From positions 1 to 31,045 of the forward strand of contig JAZOON010000012.1 of NCBI GenBank assembly GCA_045655045.1: a DNA stretch of 31,045 nucleotides, read 5' to 3'. The position numbers and the translations under genes are program-made. The stretch comes from Eubacteriales bacterium. Lineage in GTDB: Bacteria; Bacillota; Clostridia; Oscillospirales; CAG-272. Below the pieces are notes generated by a model, which saw nothing but the letters and a program-made list of their open reading frames with translations, was not told the DNA's origin and ran no database searches. Positions 14,837 to 24,285 of this stretch are shown one piece after another; position 1 is the first letter of the stretch, and each line of letters starts with the position of its first letter.

Positions 14837-16375
14837 TTATTTCATATTTTCGAGATATGCGTCGATCTTCTCGTTATAATCGTTTATGTTCGCCTTGAAA
14901 TCGCCGAGGTTCTGGTCAAAGGCGGATGAAAGATCGGTAGAGCCCTGCATTGCAAGTCTCTTGAATTCTCCCGCGCCTACGTCGGCGTTACCGAACATAT
15001 TGCCCCAGTCGCTGATAGTTGCAACGTCGGGAGCTACGGTGGAGTCAAGGAGAAGTCTGAGAACTTCAAGCGATTGAGCATCCTGCATATAACGGTATGC
15101 GAGAACGGTATCAAAGAATGCGGGGGTAAGCGTATTTACAGATTCTCGCGACATTGCGGAAAGGACGAGAGAAACATCCTGAATTCTGCTTGCCGCCGTG
15201 GGGATCGCGAGAACGACTGCGTCGTTAAGCACGCTTATGTACTCCTCACTGTTTTCATCGTACAGAGGCATGGGAAGAAGCTGGAAGTTAGCTCCGCTGT
15301 CGGACGATGCTATACGCTCTGCGAGAATAAGCTCCTCTACAACGAACAAGGTCTTTTTATCGTTCAAAAGCTTAAGCTCAAGATTTGCGTGGCTGGTTGC
15401 GTAATTAGTAGCTTCCCACGTGTAGTTGTCTGCGTTGAACGCAGCTCCGTCGGTGTGGATAACGGAAATAATCTTTTCGAGTATAGGCTGAGCCGTTTTA
15501 AGCTCCATATCCATAAACGCATAGCCCTGCTTGTTGAATTTTACAAGCTTGTGTCCCGTTGAGTAGTATACTGCCTTGGCAAAGTTGGGGTTGATGACCG
15601 CGCCGTTCATGCTGTCCTTGGACCAGGTCTGCGCCGTTACGTGTCCGTCGGATACCTTGACTGCAAGCTCGTGGAACTTTTCAAGCGTCCACTGCTTATT
15701 CTGAACGAGGTCGTAAAAATTCTCCTCGATGCCGTACTCCTCGGCTACGTCTGCGTTAGCGTAAACTGCGTAAGGATAAAAGTCGTCGCTGTAAATGATG
15801 TCGCCGGACGCGAACAGACGTGATTTTGCAATAGCGAAATCGTCCATAAGGTCGTGGTTCCACCAGGGCTGCTCCTCGTCGTAGTAGGAAAGGTCGCTCC
15901 AATTCACGAAGATACCCTCAAGAGCAACGGGGGAGAGCGCCTTGATCGTTGACGCGACTGCGGAATACGAGGTCGTGCCCGCTTTTACTTCCGTTGAGAT
16001 CTGGTCGTCGATCTGGTTGTACTTAAGCTCTGCTACCGTAAGCTTTACGTTATAAGCCGCTTCCACAGCCGCGTTTCTTATAACCACAGCGTCGTCGATA
16101 ACGTCGCCCTGAGAGACTTCAACGACGAGCTCGTTATGCTTGAAGTGCGCGCCGCCGTTGTCCTCAGCCTGCTTCTGGGGCCAGAGGAATTTTACCTCGA
16201 GCTGCTGGAGATCCTTTATCTCCAATGGGGGAAGTGCTTCGTCCGTTGAAACGGTTCCGACTATGTCGGTTTCGCCACCTGCTTCGTCCTTCTTACAGGA
16301 AGCAAACAGAAGAGCAGTTGACAAGAGCAACAGCATCGCCATCACTACTGACGAGATTTTGAGAAATTTTTTCAT
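14837..16375 (-). CDS. Extracellular solute-binding lipoprotein (probable carbohydrate ABC-type SBP)
   Basis: Lipobox FASC; AVEAAYNV, YYDEEQPWWN, VYANADVAEEYG, YDLVQNKQWTLEK, FQLLPMP resemble family-1 SBPs. Confidence 0.7.
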   Translation of the reverse strand: MKKFLKISSVVMAMLLLLSTALLFASCKKDEAGGETDIVGTVSTDEALPPLEIKDLQQLEVKFLWPQKQAEDNGGAHFKHNELVVEVSQGDVIDDAVVIRNAAVEAAYNVKLTVAELKYNQIDDQISTEVKAGTTSYSAVASTIKALSPVALEGIFVNWSDLSYYDEEQPWWNHDLMDDFAIAKSRLFASGDIIYSDDFYPYAVYANADVAEEYGIEENFYDLVQNKQWTLEKFHELAVKVSDGHVTAQTWSKDSMNGAVINPNFAKAVYYSTGHKLVKFNKQGYAFMDMELKTAQPILEKIISVIHTDGAAFNADNYTWEATNYATSHANLELKLLNDKKTLFVVEELILAERIASSDSGANFQLLPMPLYDENSEEYISVLNDAVVLAIPTAASRIQDVSLVLSAMSRESVNTLTPAFFDTVLAYRYMQDAQSLEVLRLLLDSTVAPDVATISDWGNMFGNADVGAGEFKRLAMQGSTDLSSAFDQNLGDFKANINDYNEKIDAYLENMK

Positions 16376-16453
16376 AAAAATTCTCCTTTCATAAAAATTT
16401 TTAAAGATAATTTATTTTAAATCTTGATTATACAAGCTTTAAAGTTTATTGGA

Positions 16454-17830
16454 TTATTTTTTGTAAGCACCGAGATACTTTTTCGTTCCCTCATACATTT
16501 CGTCGAAAAGATCTCTTTTCTGTTCTGCGGTCAGATCCTTTAATAGATGGCTTTCGCAGAATACCTCGAAGCAGGTATTAAGATCTTCGGAGAACGCCGC
16601 CTCGACGGCTCTGTCGTTTTCGCGATTGACCTTGGATACCTTTTCGTAAATGCTGTCGGGAAGCTTGCCTGCCATTACGGGAATTACGCTGTCTGCCGAG
16701 AATACTGCATTAGTCTCTACTACACTACCCAAAGGAAGATTTGCAATCTGTCCGCGGTTGGGAAGGTTTACGTTGGTAACGAGCTTGTCAAGTCCGAGAA
16801 GTGCGCGTATCTGGTGAACGCCCTCCTCGCCGCTGTCGTGAAGCTTGAACTTTTCCTCGCCCGACAAAAGTCTTTCACTCTTTGCAAGGCGCTTCTGAAG
16901 GTCTTTCTTTCTCCATTCGACAGTGGTAAGACCGAAAGTCCAGCTTCTTACCGTTTCGGGACTTGTCAGATACTCGTCCCTGTCGCAAAATTCTGCAAGG
17001 TGTCTATCTCCTGCCGCTGCTATGTATCCGAATCTGCGGAATAGGTCGAACCGTACCCTTGCGGCGGATGCGAACGAGTTGTTCGCCCAGTTTGCATGCC
17101 CGCCTTTATCGTATCCCGTATCGTAATATTTATCGACGAACTGTTTGTAGGTGTCAAAAAGATCGATATTCTTATATTTTGCCGACGTAAACCAAGTGAA
17201 ATGGTTTATTCCGACCACGTTTACGCATATCTCCGACCTTTTTGCGCCGCTTATACCGTGTATCTCGTTAAGGGCAGAGGAGAGAAGGTTTTGCGTTCCG
17301 AACACCTCGTGGCAGCAGCCAAACGCTTTTATTTCGGGAAATTCCTCGTAAAGAGTTTTTACGCATATTGCCATAGGATTGGTATAGTTTATTACCCACG
17401 CGTCGGGAGCATACTCGCGTATCGCCCTTGCTATCTCTCTTATCATTGGTACGGTCCTCATTGCTCTGAGAAGTCCGCCGGGGCCCGTCGTATCTCCAAC
17501 CGACTGATATATTCCGTACTTTTCGGGAGAGTGAACGTCGTACTCCATTTCGTCAAACGTTGCGGGAAGAATTGAAATTATTACGAAATCAGCACCCGTC
17601 AAGGCTTCCTTGGCGGTTTTTGTCGCAACGTATTTCCAATTTGAGCCGAGATTGTTACCGATCGTCTCGTTGTTGCGCGCCGCTTCATAATCTATATCGT
17701 AAAGATAAACGCTTCCCGAAAGGTCGTCCGCTTTGGCAAGGTCGTTCATAAGTGTCCACGCCCAGCCGCGGGAGCCGCCGCCGATGTATGATATTTTTAC
17801 GTCCTTTACCTTATCCTTTTCATATACCAT
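16454..17830 (-). CDS. lplD: GH4 glycoside hydrolase, LplD-like alpha-galacturonidase
   Basis: ISYIGGGSRGWA (NAD-binding), QSVGDTTGPGG, INYTNPM, GCCHEVFGTQ (CHEV motif), GINHFTW, AAGDRHLAEF, SGEEGV. Confidence 0.8.
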   Translation of the reverse strand: MVYEKDKVKDVKISYIGGGSRGWAWTLMNDLAKADDLSGSVYLYDIDYEAARNNETIGNNLGSNWKYVATKTAKEALTGADFVIISILPATFDEMEYDVHSPEKYGIYQSVGDTTGPGGLLRAMRTVPMIREIARAIREYAPDAWVINYTNPMAICVKTLYEEFPEIKAFGCCHEVFGTQNLLSSALNEIHGISGAKRSEICVNVVGINHFTWFTSAKYKNIDLFDTYKQFVDKYYDTGYDKGGHANWANNSFASAARVRFDLFRRFGYIAAAGDRHLAEFCDRDEYLTSPETVRSWTFGLTTVEWRKKDLQKRLAKSERLLSGEEKFKLHDSGEEGVHQIRALLGLDKLVTNVNLPNRGQIANLPLGSVVETNAVFSADSVIPVMAGKLPDSIYEKVSKVNRENDRAVEAAFSEDLNTCFEVFCESHLLKDLTAEQKRDLFDEMYEGTKKYLGAYKK

Positions 17831-18012
17831 AGCTGTACCTCCAAATTATACTATGTCTATTGTAGATTATATCACAAACACCAACTAAAATCTATAACAA
17901 TATTGTTGACTTTGTGTCGCTTGTTATAATTTCTTGCGAATTTTTCCATATAATAGAAATAGTAATCAAATCAAAATTGAAGTGATGTAATTGTTAAAGC
18001 ATACGTACAAAT

Positions 18013-18058
18013 AAAAAAGCAAGGACAGAAGGTTTTATCCTTTTATCCTTGCTTTTTT
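18013..18058 (-). terminator. Terminator of the rhaBAD operon
   Basis: 13-bp arms AAAAAAGCAAGGA (18013-18025) / TCCTTGCTTTTTT (18046-18058); T-runs on both strands. Confidence 0.65.
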
Positions 18059-18125
18059 GCTATTGATTTTTTATAAGAGTTGATCCTACTTAGCGCGGGA
18101 CGTTCAAATCGTTGCGCTATCGGAA

Positions 18126-18947
18126 TTAAAGGTCAAGAAAATCCTCGCGGCACTTAAGACCGAAGCCGTCGGCGATGAGCTTCATTTCTGCGTCGGTGAT
18201 AAGATTTATTTTGGGAAGTCCTGCGGTGAGCATATAGACCTGAGCCGCCTTTTCTACAGTCTCGATAAGACCGAACGCCTCGTCCATAGTCTTACCCGCA
18301 CCGTAGATGCCGTGCATACCCCAGATAACGAGTCTGAATTCCTCCATCTTCTTGGCTGTTGCAATACCTATTTCATTAGTACCGCAAAGCATCCAGGGAA
18401 GAACGCCTACTCCGTCGGGGAAAACGACGATACATTCGGTCATTATTTCCCAAAGAGAGTGGGTGAATTTCTTCTCGTCAAGCTCGTGAACGAAGTTCAT
18501 AGCGAGAGTATAGGTGGGGTGGGTGTGCATAATTATGCGGTTGTTGGGATCTACCTTGAGTCTTGCCATATGGCTCATAAGGTGCGCGGGAAGCTCACTT
18601 GTAAATTTACCGCCGTCAGCGTAACCCCAGAGAAGCTCTGCGGTCGTTCCGTCCTCTGCGATACGAATAATTCCGAGATTGTTTTCAGGATCGAACTCGA
18701 CGTTCTTGAAGTACTTACCCGTACCCGTAACGATAAATATCTTACCGATAAGAGCCGTTGCGTCAAATCCCGTGGGGATCGTGCGGATGACCTTGCCAAG
18801 GTCAAGATACTCAGCAACCTCCTTTTCGTCAAGCATATAGCTTATGTTTCCGCCGTTACGCTCGTCCCAGCCGAGTCTGTACATATTTGCGGTAGTTTTC
18901 TTCATTTCGTCCACGAAGGGCGCGTTCAGTATGTTCTTAAGCTTCAT
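18126..18947 (-). CDS. rhaD: Rhamnulose-1-phosphate aldolase
   Basis: GWDERNGGNIS, TGTGKYFKN, TSELPAH, IMHTHPT, WGMHGI (Zn-binding His); follows rhaA. Confidence 0.95.
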   Translation of the reverse strand: MKLKNILNAPFVDEMKKTTANMYRLGWDERNGGNISYMLDEKEVAEYLDLGKVIRTIPTGFDATALIGKIFIVTGTGKYFKNVEFDPENNLGIIRIAEDGTTAELLWGYADGGKFTSELPAHLMSHMARLKVDPNNRIIMHTHPTYTLAMNFVHELDEKKFTHSLWEIMTECIVVFPDGVGVLPWMLCGTNEIGIATAKKMEEFRLVIWGMHGIYGAGKTMDEAFGLIETVEKAAQVYMLTAGLPKINLITDAEMKLIADGFGLKCREDFLDL

Positions 18948-18953
18948 AATTTT

Positions 18954-20219
18954 TTAACCTCTCTTGTATAAAATTTCATTTTCATATTTTTTGACCGTGT
19001 CGAACCATTCTATGCCCGAGGGAACGCCGCATACGTTGCAGTATTCCTCCCAAACGTCGCCGAAGGGAAGTGTTTTAAGCTCCTCCTGAAGCACCATGAC
19101 CTCCGTCCAATTATTCGCGTTCTGCTTTTCTACAAGCTCGCCGTTCGGCGTAAGGAGAGCCATAAGCAAAGCCTTTTGCAGATTTCTGAAGCCAACGGTC
19201 CAAGCCGAGATACGGTTGATGGACGCGTCAAAATAGTCAAGCGCTATCTTTACGCGACCGTCAAGACCGCCGCAACGAACTATCTCCTTGCAGATCTCCT
19301 TGGTCTCGTCGTCGAAAAGGACTACGTGGTCGCTATCCCAGCGGATAGGGCGCGTTACGTGCAGCGCTATCTCGGGGAAGAAGGCAAGCAGGGCGGGTAT
19401 CTTGTCGGAAACCACCTCGGTGGGGTGATAGTGCCCGTTGTCCATAAGTGGAATACACTTATCCATATTTGCCGCCGCGTAGCTAAGGGAAAATTCCGCG
19501 CTTCCAACTGTGTACGCCTCAACTCCGATACCGAACACCTTGGATTCAACGCAAGGCTTGACCTTGTCAAAATCGAACGGCTCGGAGAGTATCCGGTCGA
19601 TAGAATCCTTGTATCTCATTCTGGGACCCATACGGTCTGCGGGAATATCCTTAAAGCCGTCGCCCGTCCAGATGTTCATAATACAGGGCTGACCAAGCTC
19701 CTCTGCAAGATACTGTGAAATGCGTATACAAGCCTTTCCGTGCTCTATCCAGAATTTTCTTGTTTCCTCGTTGGGGCTGGAAAGTGTTAAGGGATCGCAC
19801 ATAGGGTGAGAGAAGAAGGTGGGATTAAAGTCGCATCCAAGACCTCTTTCCTTGCAAAAATCAACCCATTTCTTAAAGTGCTTTGGCTCTATCCTGTCTC
19901 TGTCTACCCAACCGCCGTTTTCATCATCAAAGATAGCGTAGCAAGCGTGAAGATTGAGCTTCTTCGTGCCCGGGCAGAGGGAGAGGACAACGTCGATGTC
20001 CGCCATAAGCTCCTCGGGAGTGGTTGCGCGTCCGGGATAATTACCCGTCGTCTGTATTCCGCCCGTCAAAGGACCGTCGGATTTTTGGTCAAAGCCGCGG
20101 ACGTCGTCGCCCTGCCAGCAGTGCAGAGCTACGGGAACTCTTCTTAAGGTGTTGATCGCCACATCGGTGTCGATCCCGAATTTTGCGTATTTAGCTTTTG
20201 CTTCTGTGTATCTGCTCAT
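18954..20219 (-). CDS. rhaA: L-rhamnose isomerase
   Basis: LHCWQGDDVRGF, GIQTTGNYPG, DFNPTFFSHP, ESKVFGIGVE, DNGHYHPTE, HVTRPIRWDSDHVV. Confidence 0.96.
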   Translation of the reverse strand: MSRYTEAKAKYAKFGIDTDVAINTLRRVPVALHCWQGDDVRGFDQKSDGPLTGGIQTTGNYPGRATTPEELMADIDVVLSLCPGTKKLNLHACYAIFDDENGGWVDRDRIEPKHFKKWVDFCKERGLGCDFNPTFFSHPMCDPLTLSSPNEETRKFWIEHGKACIRISQYLAEELGQPCIMNIWTGDGFKDIPADRMGPRMRYKDSIDRILSEPFDFDKVKPCVESKVFGIGVEAYTVGSAEFSLSYAAANMDKCIPLMDNGHYHPTEVVSDKIPALLAFFPEIALHVTRPIRWDSDHVVLFDDETKEICKEIVRCGGLDGRVKIALDYFDASINRISAWTVGFRNLQKALLMALLTPNGELVEKQNANNWTEVMVLQEELKTLPFGDVWEEYCNVCGVPSGIEWFDTVKKYENEILYKRG

Positions 20220-20230
20220 TTTTGCCTCCT

Positions 20231-21595
20231 TTATATTTTTTCAAAAGAATCTTTAACTATTTTTCTCGCTGCCTCAAGAGACTCAGCCTCGCCTGAATAC
20301 GTAAGCTGTACTACGAGATTACCTATTGCCGTTGCCTCAACGGGACCTGCGATGACCTTTTTGCCTGTGTATTCGCCTGTCAGTCTGTTGAGATACGCAT
20401 CCTTCGAGCCGCCGCCTATAATGTTTATAAGCGTTATATCGCGACCGCTTATACGCTCGATGCTATTTACCGCCTCACTGTAAGAGCGAGCAAGCGAGTG
20501 ATATACCGAGGATAGCACCTCCTCAACGGTAAGCTCGGGCATTCCGAGGTGTGACTTTATCGCCTCGATCATATTTTCGGGAGCTACGAACTCGGGCGCG
20601 TTGGCGTCGATATATCCCTTGCAAGGAGTGTTCATAGCCATATTCATCATCTCGTCGTAGGTATATTTCTTGTCGAGATTTTTGCGGATGTTCTGGAAAA
20701 GCCACATTCCCATAAAGTTCTTGAGGAAGCGGTAGCGGTACTCAACTCCGCCCTCGTTGGTAAAGCCTGCGTTCATCGCGTCGGCGGAGAGGACGGGAGA
20801 GGTTATCTCCGTTCCGATAAGGCTCCACGTTCCCGAGGAAATATACATTCCTCCGTCTCCAACGGAGCAGGCGGCAGCGGCTGACGCCGTGTCGTGTGTT
20901 GCGGCAAGTATTACCGTCGTATCAAAGCCTACGTACGCCTTTATTTCTTCGGAAAGACCGCCGAGCTTTGTCGCGGGGGTGGAGAGCTTTGAGAATATAT
21001 CCGTTCTTATACCGAGCTTTTCGAGAAGCTCGAAGTCGATATCCCTCGTTTTTGTATTTACTATCGCGCCTGTGGTAGCGTTGGTGTATTCGTTTGCCAT
21101 TTTACCCGTGAGCTTAAAGCACAGATAGTCAGGCATCATAAGGAAATGACTCGCCTTGTCAAGCTTACCCGATTTTTTATCGCAGTAAAGCTGGTAAAGG
21201 GTGTTGAAATTTATCGACTGTATTCCGTTTCTTCGGTACAGCTCCTCGCGGGAAATAAAGCCGTCTATCTCCTCGGGAACACCCGTTGTGCGGCTGTCGC
21301 GGTACGCAACGGCGGGGAATATCTCCTGTCCTTTTTCGTCAAGAAGAACGTAATCAACGCCCCACGTATCTATCGCGAGCGTTTCTGGTATCTTTCCTAT
21401 CTCCCCGCATCTCTTTATACCCTCCTTTACAGAGGAAACGAGATGACGTATATCCCACACGAGAGTTCCGTCCTCATTTGTTATGTAGTTTTCAAAACGG
21501 TATATCTCCTCAAGCAAAAGTCTCCCGTTCTCAACGTGACCGAGAATATGTCTGCCGCTTGAAGCTCCTATGTCGATTGCCAAATGGTAGCGCAT
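20231..21595 (-). CDS. rhaB: Rhamnulokinase
   Basis: LAIDIGASSGR, IDTWGVDY, AYRDSRT, ATHDTASA, ISSGTWSLIGTE, NEGG, IIGGGSK, GPVEATAIGN. Confidence 0.95.
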   Translation of the reverse strand: MRYHLAIDIGASSGRHILGHVENGRLLLEEIYRFENYITNEDGTLVWDIRHLVSSVKEGIKRCGEIGKIPETLAIDTWGVDYVLLDEKGQEIFPAVAYRDSRTTGVPEEIDGFISREELYRRNGIQSINFNTLYQLYCDKKSGKLDKASHFLMMPDYLCFKLTGKMANEYTNATTGAIVNTKTRDIDFELLEKLGIRTDIFSKLSTPATKLGGLSEEIKAYVGFDTTVILAATHDTASAAAACSVGDGGMYISSGTWSLIGTEITSPVLSADAMNAGFTNEGGVEYRYRFLKNFMGMWLFQNIRKNLDKKYTYDEMMNMAMNTPCKGYIDANAPEFVAPENMIEAIKSHLGMPELTVEEVLSSVYHSLARSYSEAVNSIERISGRDITLINIIGGGSKDAYLNRLTGEYTGKKVIAGPVEATAIGNLVVQLTYSGEAESLEAARKIVKDSFEKI

Positions 21596-21624
21596 AGCTT
21601 ATCCTCCTTTCAATCATTATAACA

Positions 21625-21653
21625 ATTATACATCATTTATTCCATTATGCCAA
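21625..21653 (-). promoter_or_regulatory. Sigma-A promoter of rhaBAD
   Basis: TTGGCA-17 bp-TATAAT on the minus strand, upstream of RBS AAGGAGG. Confidence 0.65.
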
Positions 21654-21699
21654 TACTTTTTTTTGACTGAAAAAGTGTCCTTATTTGCAAAAAAAACTA

Positions 21700-21728
21700 T
21701 TGAATATATGCGAACGATATGGTATAAT
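21700..21728 (+). promoter_or_regulatory. Sigma-A promoter of the AraC regulator
   Basis: TTGAAT-17 bp-TATAAT with TG extension, upstream of RBS GAGGTGA. Confidence 0.65.
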
Positions 21729-21744
21729 GAATTGAGGTGATATT

Positions 21745-22698
21745 ATGAACAAAGAGCTGCTGAGCGCAATATCCGTAATTACGGATGAGGAAAGAGCCTT
21801 TCTTCGCGGCGCAAAGGAGATAGATCGAAATAAATATATGTTGGGCGAAAAAAACGTTATAAACAGTAAAAAGATGCTTGAGCAGAACAAGCTCATATCC
21901 ATTCGCCCTCATCCGAGATTTGTCCATTTTCCCGAGCATACTCACGATTACATAGAGGTGGTTTATATGTGCTCGGGACAGACCACGCATATAATAAACG
22001 GACACACGGTCGTGTTGAAGCAGGGGGAGCTTCTGCTGCTGTCGCAAAACGCAAGACAGGAGATATATCCCGCGGGGGAGAACGATATAATGGTAAACTT
22101 CATAACGCTTCCTCAGTTTTATGATAACACTCTCGCTATGATGAGTGACGAGGAGTCCCCACTCAAAAATTTTATTGTGGACTGTCTTAAAAACTCAAAT
22201 TCGGGTACGTCCTACCTTCTTTTTGAGGTCTCCGACGTTCTTCCCATACAAAATCTCGTTGAAAATCTTATATGGACTCTGTTTAACGGAATATCCAACA
22301 AAAGAAAGATAAATCAGACGACTATGGGACTCTTGTTTTTGCAGCTTCTTAACCATATGGACAGGCTGTCCTACGCGAACGAGGACGAGGAGCTTATCCT
22401 GCGTACTTTGCAGTACGTTGAGGAGCATTACAGTGACGGAACGCTTGGCGAGCTTGCGGACTTGCTTCATTACGATACCGCGTGGCTCTCGCGTGAGATA
22501 AAGAGGAAAACGGGTAAGAACTACACAGACCACGTGCAGAACAAAAGGCTTTCTCAGGCGTGTTATCTTTTGAAGAACACCAAATTGAGCATTGACGATA
22601 TTTCGGTGCGGGTAGGCTACGATAACGTCAGCTATTTCCACAGGATCTTTAAAAAAACGTACGGCGTTACGCCATACGTTTATAAGAAAAAGCAATAG
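21745..22698 (+). CDS. AraC family transcriptional regulator (cupin + HTH), probable rhamnose regulator
   Basis: EHTHDYIEVVY cupin; C-terminal LSREIKRKTG..RLSQACYLL..ISVRVGYDNVSYFHRIFKKTYGVTP; divergent from rhaB. Confidence 0.9.
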   Translation: MNKELLSAISVITDEERAFLRGAKEIDRNKYMLGEKNVINSKKMLEQNKLISIRPHPRFVHFPEHTHDYIEVVYMCSGQTTHIINGHTVVLKQGELLLLSQNARQEIYPAGENDIMVNFITLPQFYDNTLAMMSDEESPLKNFIVDCLKNSNSGTSYLLFEVSDVLPIQNLVENLIWTLFNGISNKRKINQTTMGLLFLQLLNHMDRLSYANEDEELILRTLQYVEEHYSDGTLGELADLLHYDTAWLSREIKRKTGKNYTDHVQNKRLSQACYLLKNTKLSIDDISVRVGYDNVSYFHRIFKKTYGVTPYVYKKKQ

Positions 22699-22734
22699 CC
22701 TCGGAGCAAACCTTGTCGTAGCTTTGCCGAGAAT

Positions 22735-23361
22735 TTATTTTTTTCTGAAAAAGGGCAGGGAGAACGGCTCTTTTATATCTTTTTTTGTTTTCTCCGTCCA
22801 CTCGCCTCTCAGAATTGAGCAAGTACCGATAGTACGGTAGCTTCCTTTGACGAGCATACCGTCTCTCGCGTAGCCCTCAAGCGTCATTCCAAGCTTCTCC
22901 ATTACGTGAAGGGAAGCGGTGTTTCCTTGCATAAATCTGGCTTCTATGCGGTTGAGGGAGAGCTCCTCAAAGCCGAAGTCCACGATTCGACTTGCCGCTT
23001 CAAAGCCAAGACCGAGATGATGATATTCGGGATTGAGGACGTAGCCTATCTCGGCGGCGTTGTGCGCGGTGTGTATTTTAGTAAAGCCGACCGTACCTAT
23101 CATCTTCCCGCTGTCCGCAAGCGTTATTGCCCAATCGTAGAATTCTCCCTTTGGATAGCGTGTTTCTATGTAGGCGAGATATTCCCGCGTATACCCAACC
23201 GATTCGTGCGGCGACCATAAAAGAAACTCGGTGACGTCGTCGCGGCAGGCGTATTCGTACATATCGTACGCGTCGTCCGTGCGCATAGGTCGAAGCACGA
23301 GCCTTTCGGTGCGCAGAGTGGGCATTTTAGTAAATATTTTTAAGATCTTTTCACGTTTCAT
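22735..23361 (-). CDS. GNAT N-acetyltransferase, RimJ/RimL family
   Basis: LRTERLVLRP, IGTVGF, AEIGYVL...GLGFEA, NTASLHVMEKLGMTLEG. Confidence 0.88.
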   Translation of the reverse strand: MKREKILKIFTKMPTLRTERLVLRPMRTDDAYDMYEYACRDDVTEFLLWSPHESVGYTREYLAYIETRYPKGEFYDWAITLADSGKMIGTVGFTKIHTAHNAAEIGYVLNPEYHHLGLGFEAASRIVDFGFEELSLNRIEARFMQGNTASLHVMEKLGMTLEGYARDGMLVKGSYRTIGTCSILRGEWTEKTKKDIKEPFSLPFFRKK

Positions 23362-23389
23362 AAATAACCTCTGTTAAGTTACTCATATA

Positions 23390-23418
23390 ATTATAAACAA
23401 TTTTTTCCTTTTTTGCAA
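23390..23418 (-). promoter_or_regulatory. Sigma-A promoter of the GNAT gene
   Basis: TTGCAA-17 bp-TATAAT on the minus strand. Confidence 0.55.
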
Positions 23419-23457
23419 TAGAACAAAGTAATTTATATCAAAAAAATTATAAATTCT

Positions 23458-23486
23458 TTGACAAAGTTGAATTTGTGTGCTATAAT
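23458..23486 (+). promoter_or_regulatory. Consensus sigma-A promoter of the racemase-murE-manA operon
   Basis: TTGACA-17 bp-TATAAT with TG extension. Confidence 0.8.
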
Positions 23487-23522
23487 TATTATGTATTGTT
23501 GTTTTTGATAGGGGGTGTGGGC

Positions 23523-24263
23523 TTGTTTGGAAACGGAAAAACACTTGGAATACTTGGCGGTCTCGGACCAATGTCAAGCGTATATTTTTACGAGATGCTG
23601 ACGGCGCATACCGCGGCTGAGTGCGATCAGGAGCATTTGAACATTCTGCTCTCGTCAAGGGCGGACACACCCGACAGAACAAGCTTTATTCTCGGGAAAA
23701 GCACGGCAGACCCCATTCCCGTTATGAAGTTCGAGGTGGCTCGGCTTATCGGTGCGGGAGCGGACATAATTGCAATACCGTGCAACACCGCTCACTATTT
23801 CTATGATCGTATCAGTGAGGAATCGGGCGTTCCGATAATAAATATTATTCGGCAGACGGCGATATTTTGCTACAGACTCGGAATAAAAAGGGCGGGTATA
23901 CTCGCAACCGAGGGAACTATTGCGTCGGGAGCGTATTCAAACGTTTTTGCCACGGCGGGAATGGAGTGTATTTGTCCTACCGACGAGGAGCAGAGCGTTA
24001 TAACGGATATCATATACGGTCAGATAAAGCAGGGAAAAGAGCCCGATACGCAAGCCTTTATGAGGGTTGCGGATGCCCTTGTGGAGCGCGGATGCGACAG
24101 AATAATCCTTGGCTGCACGGAGCTTTCACTTCTGAAAAAGAACGGCAGGCTGTCGGACGCTCTGTTTATAGATTCTCTTGAGGTGCTTGCGTATTCCGCA
24201 ATAAGAATGTGCGGAAAGACGCCCACGGGCTTTAGCGACGAGCTTATGCGCTTCAGAACTTAA
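23523..24263 (+). CDS. Aspartate/glutamate racemase family protein (RacX/aspartate racemase-like)
   Basis: LGILGGLGPMSS, PDRT, IAIPCNTAH and ILGCTELS (both catalytic Cys). Start uncertain: TTG 23523 or GTG 23517; the ORF-track start overlaps the promoter. Confidence 0.88.
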   Translation: MFGNGKTLGILGGLGPMSSVYFYEMLTAHTAAECDQEHLNILLSSRADTPDRTSFILGKSTADPIPVMKFEVARLIGAGADIIAIPCNTAHYFYDRISEESGVPIINIIRQTAIFCYRLGIKRAGILATEGTIASGAYSNVFATAGMECICPTDEEQSVITDIIYGQIKQGKEPDTQAFMRVADALVERGCDRIILGCTELSLLKKNGRLSDALFIDSLEVLAYSAIRMCGKTPTGFSDELMRFRT

Positions 24264-24285
24264 TTGGCGAGAAAGGAAGAAAATT

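Noticed and set aside
17895-21690. Shared GACAC...AGTCAA words upstream of lplD and rhaB as AraC sites
   Set aside because: Spacing differs between the two promoters (2 versus 6 nt), so there is no consistent site.
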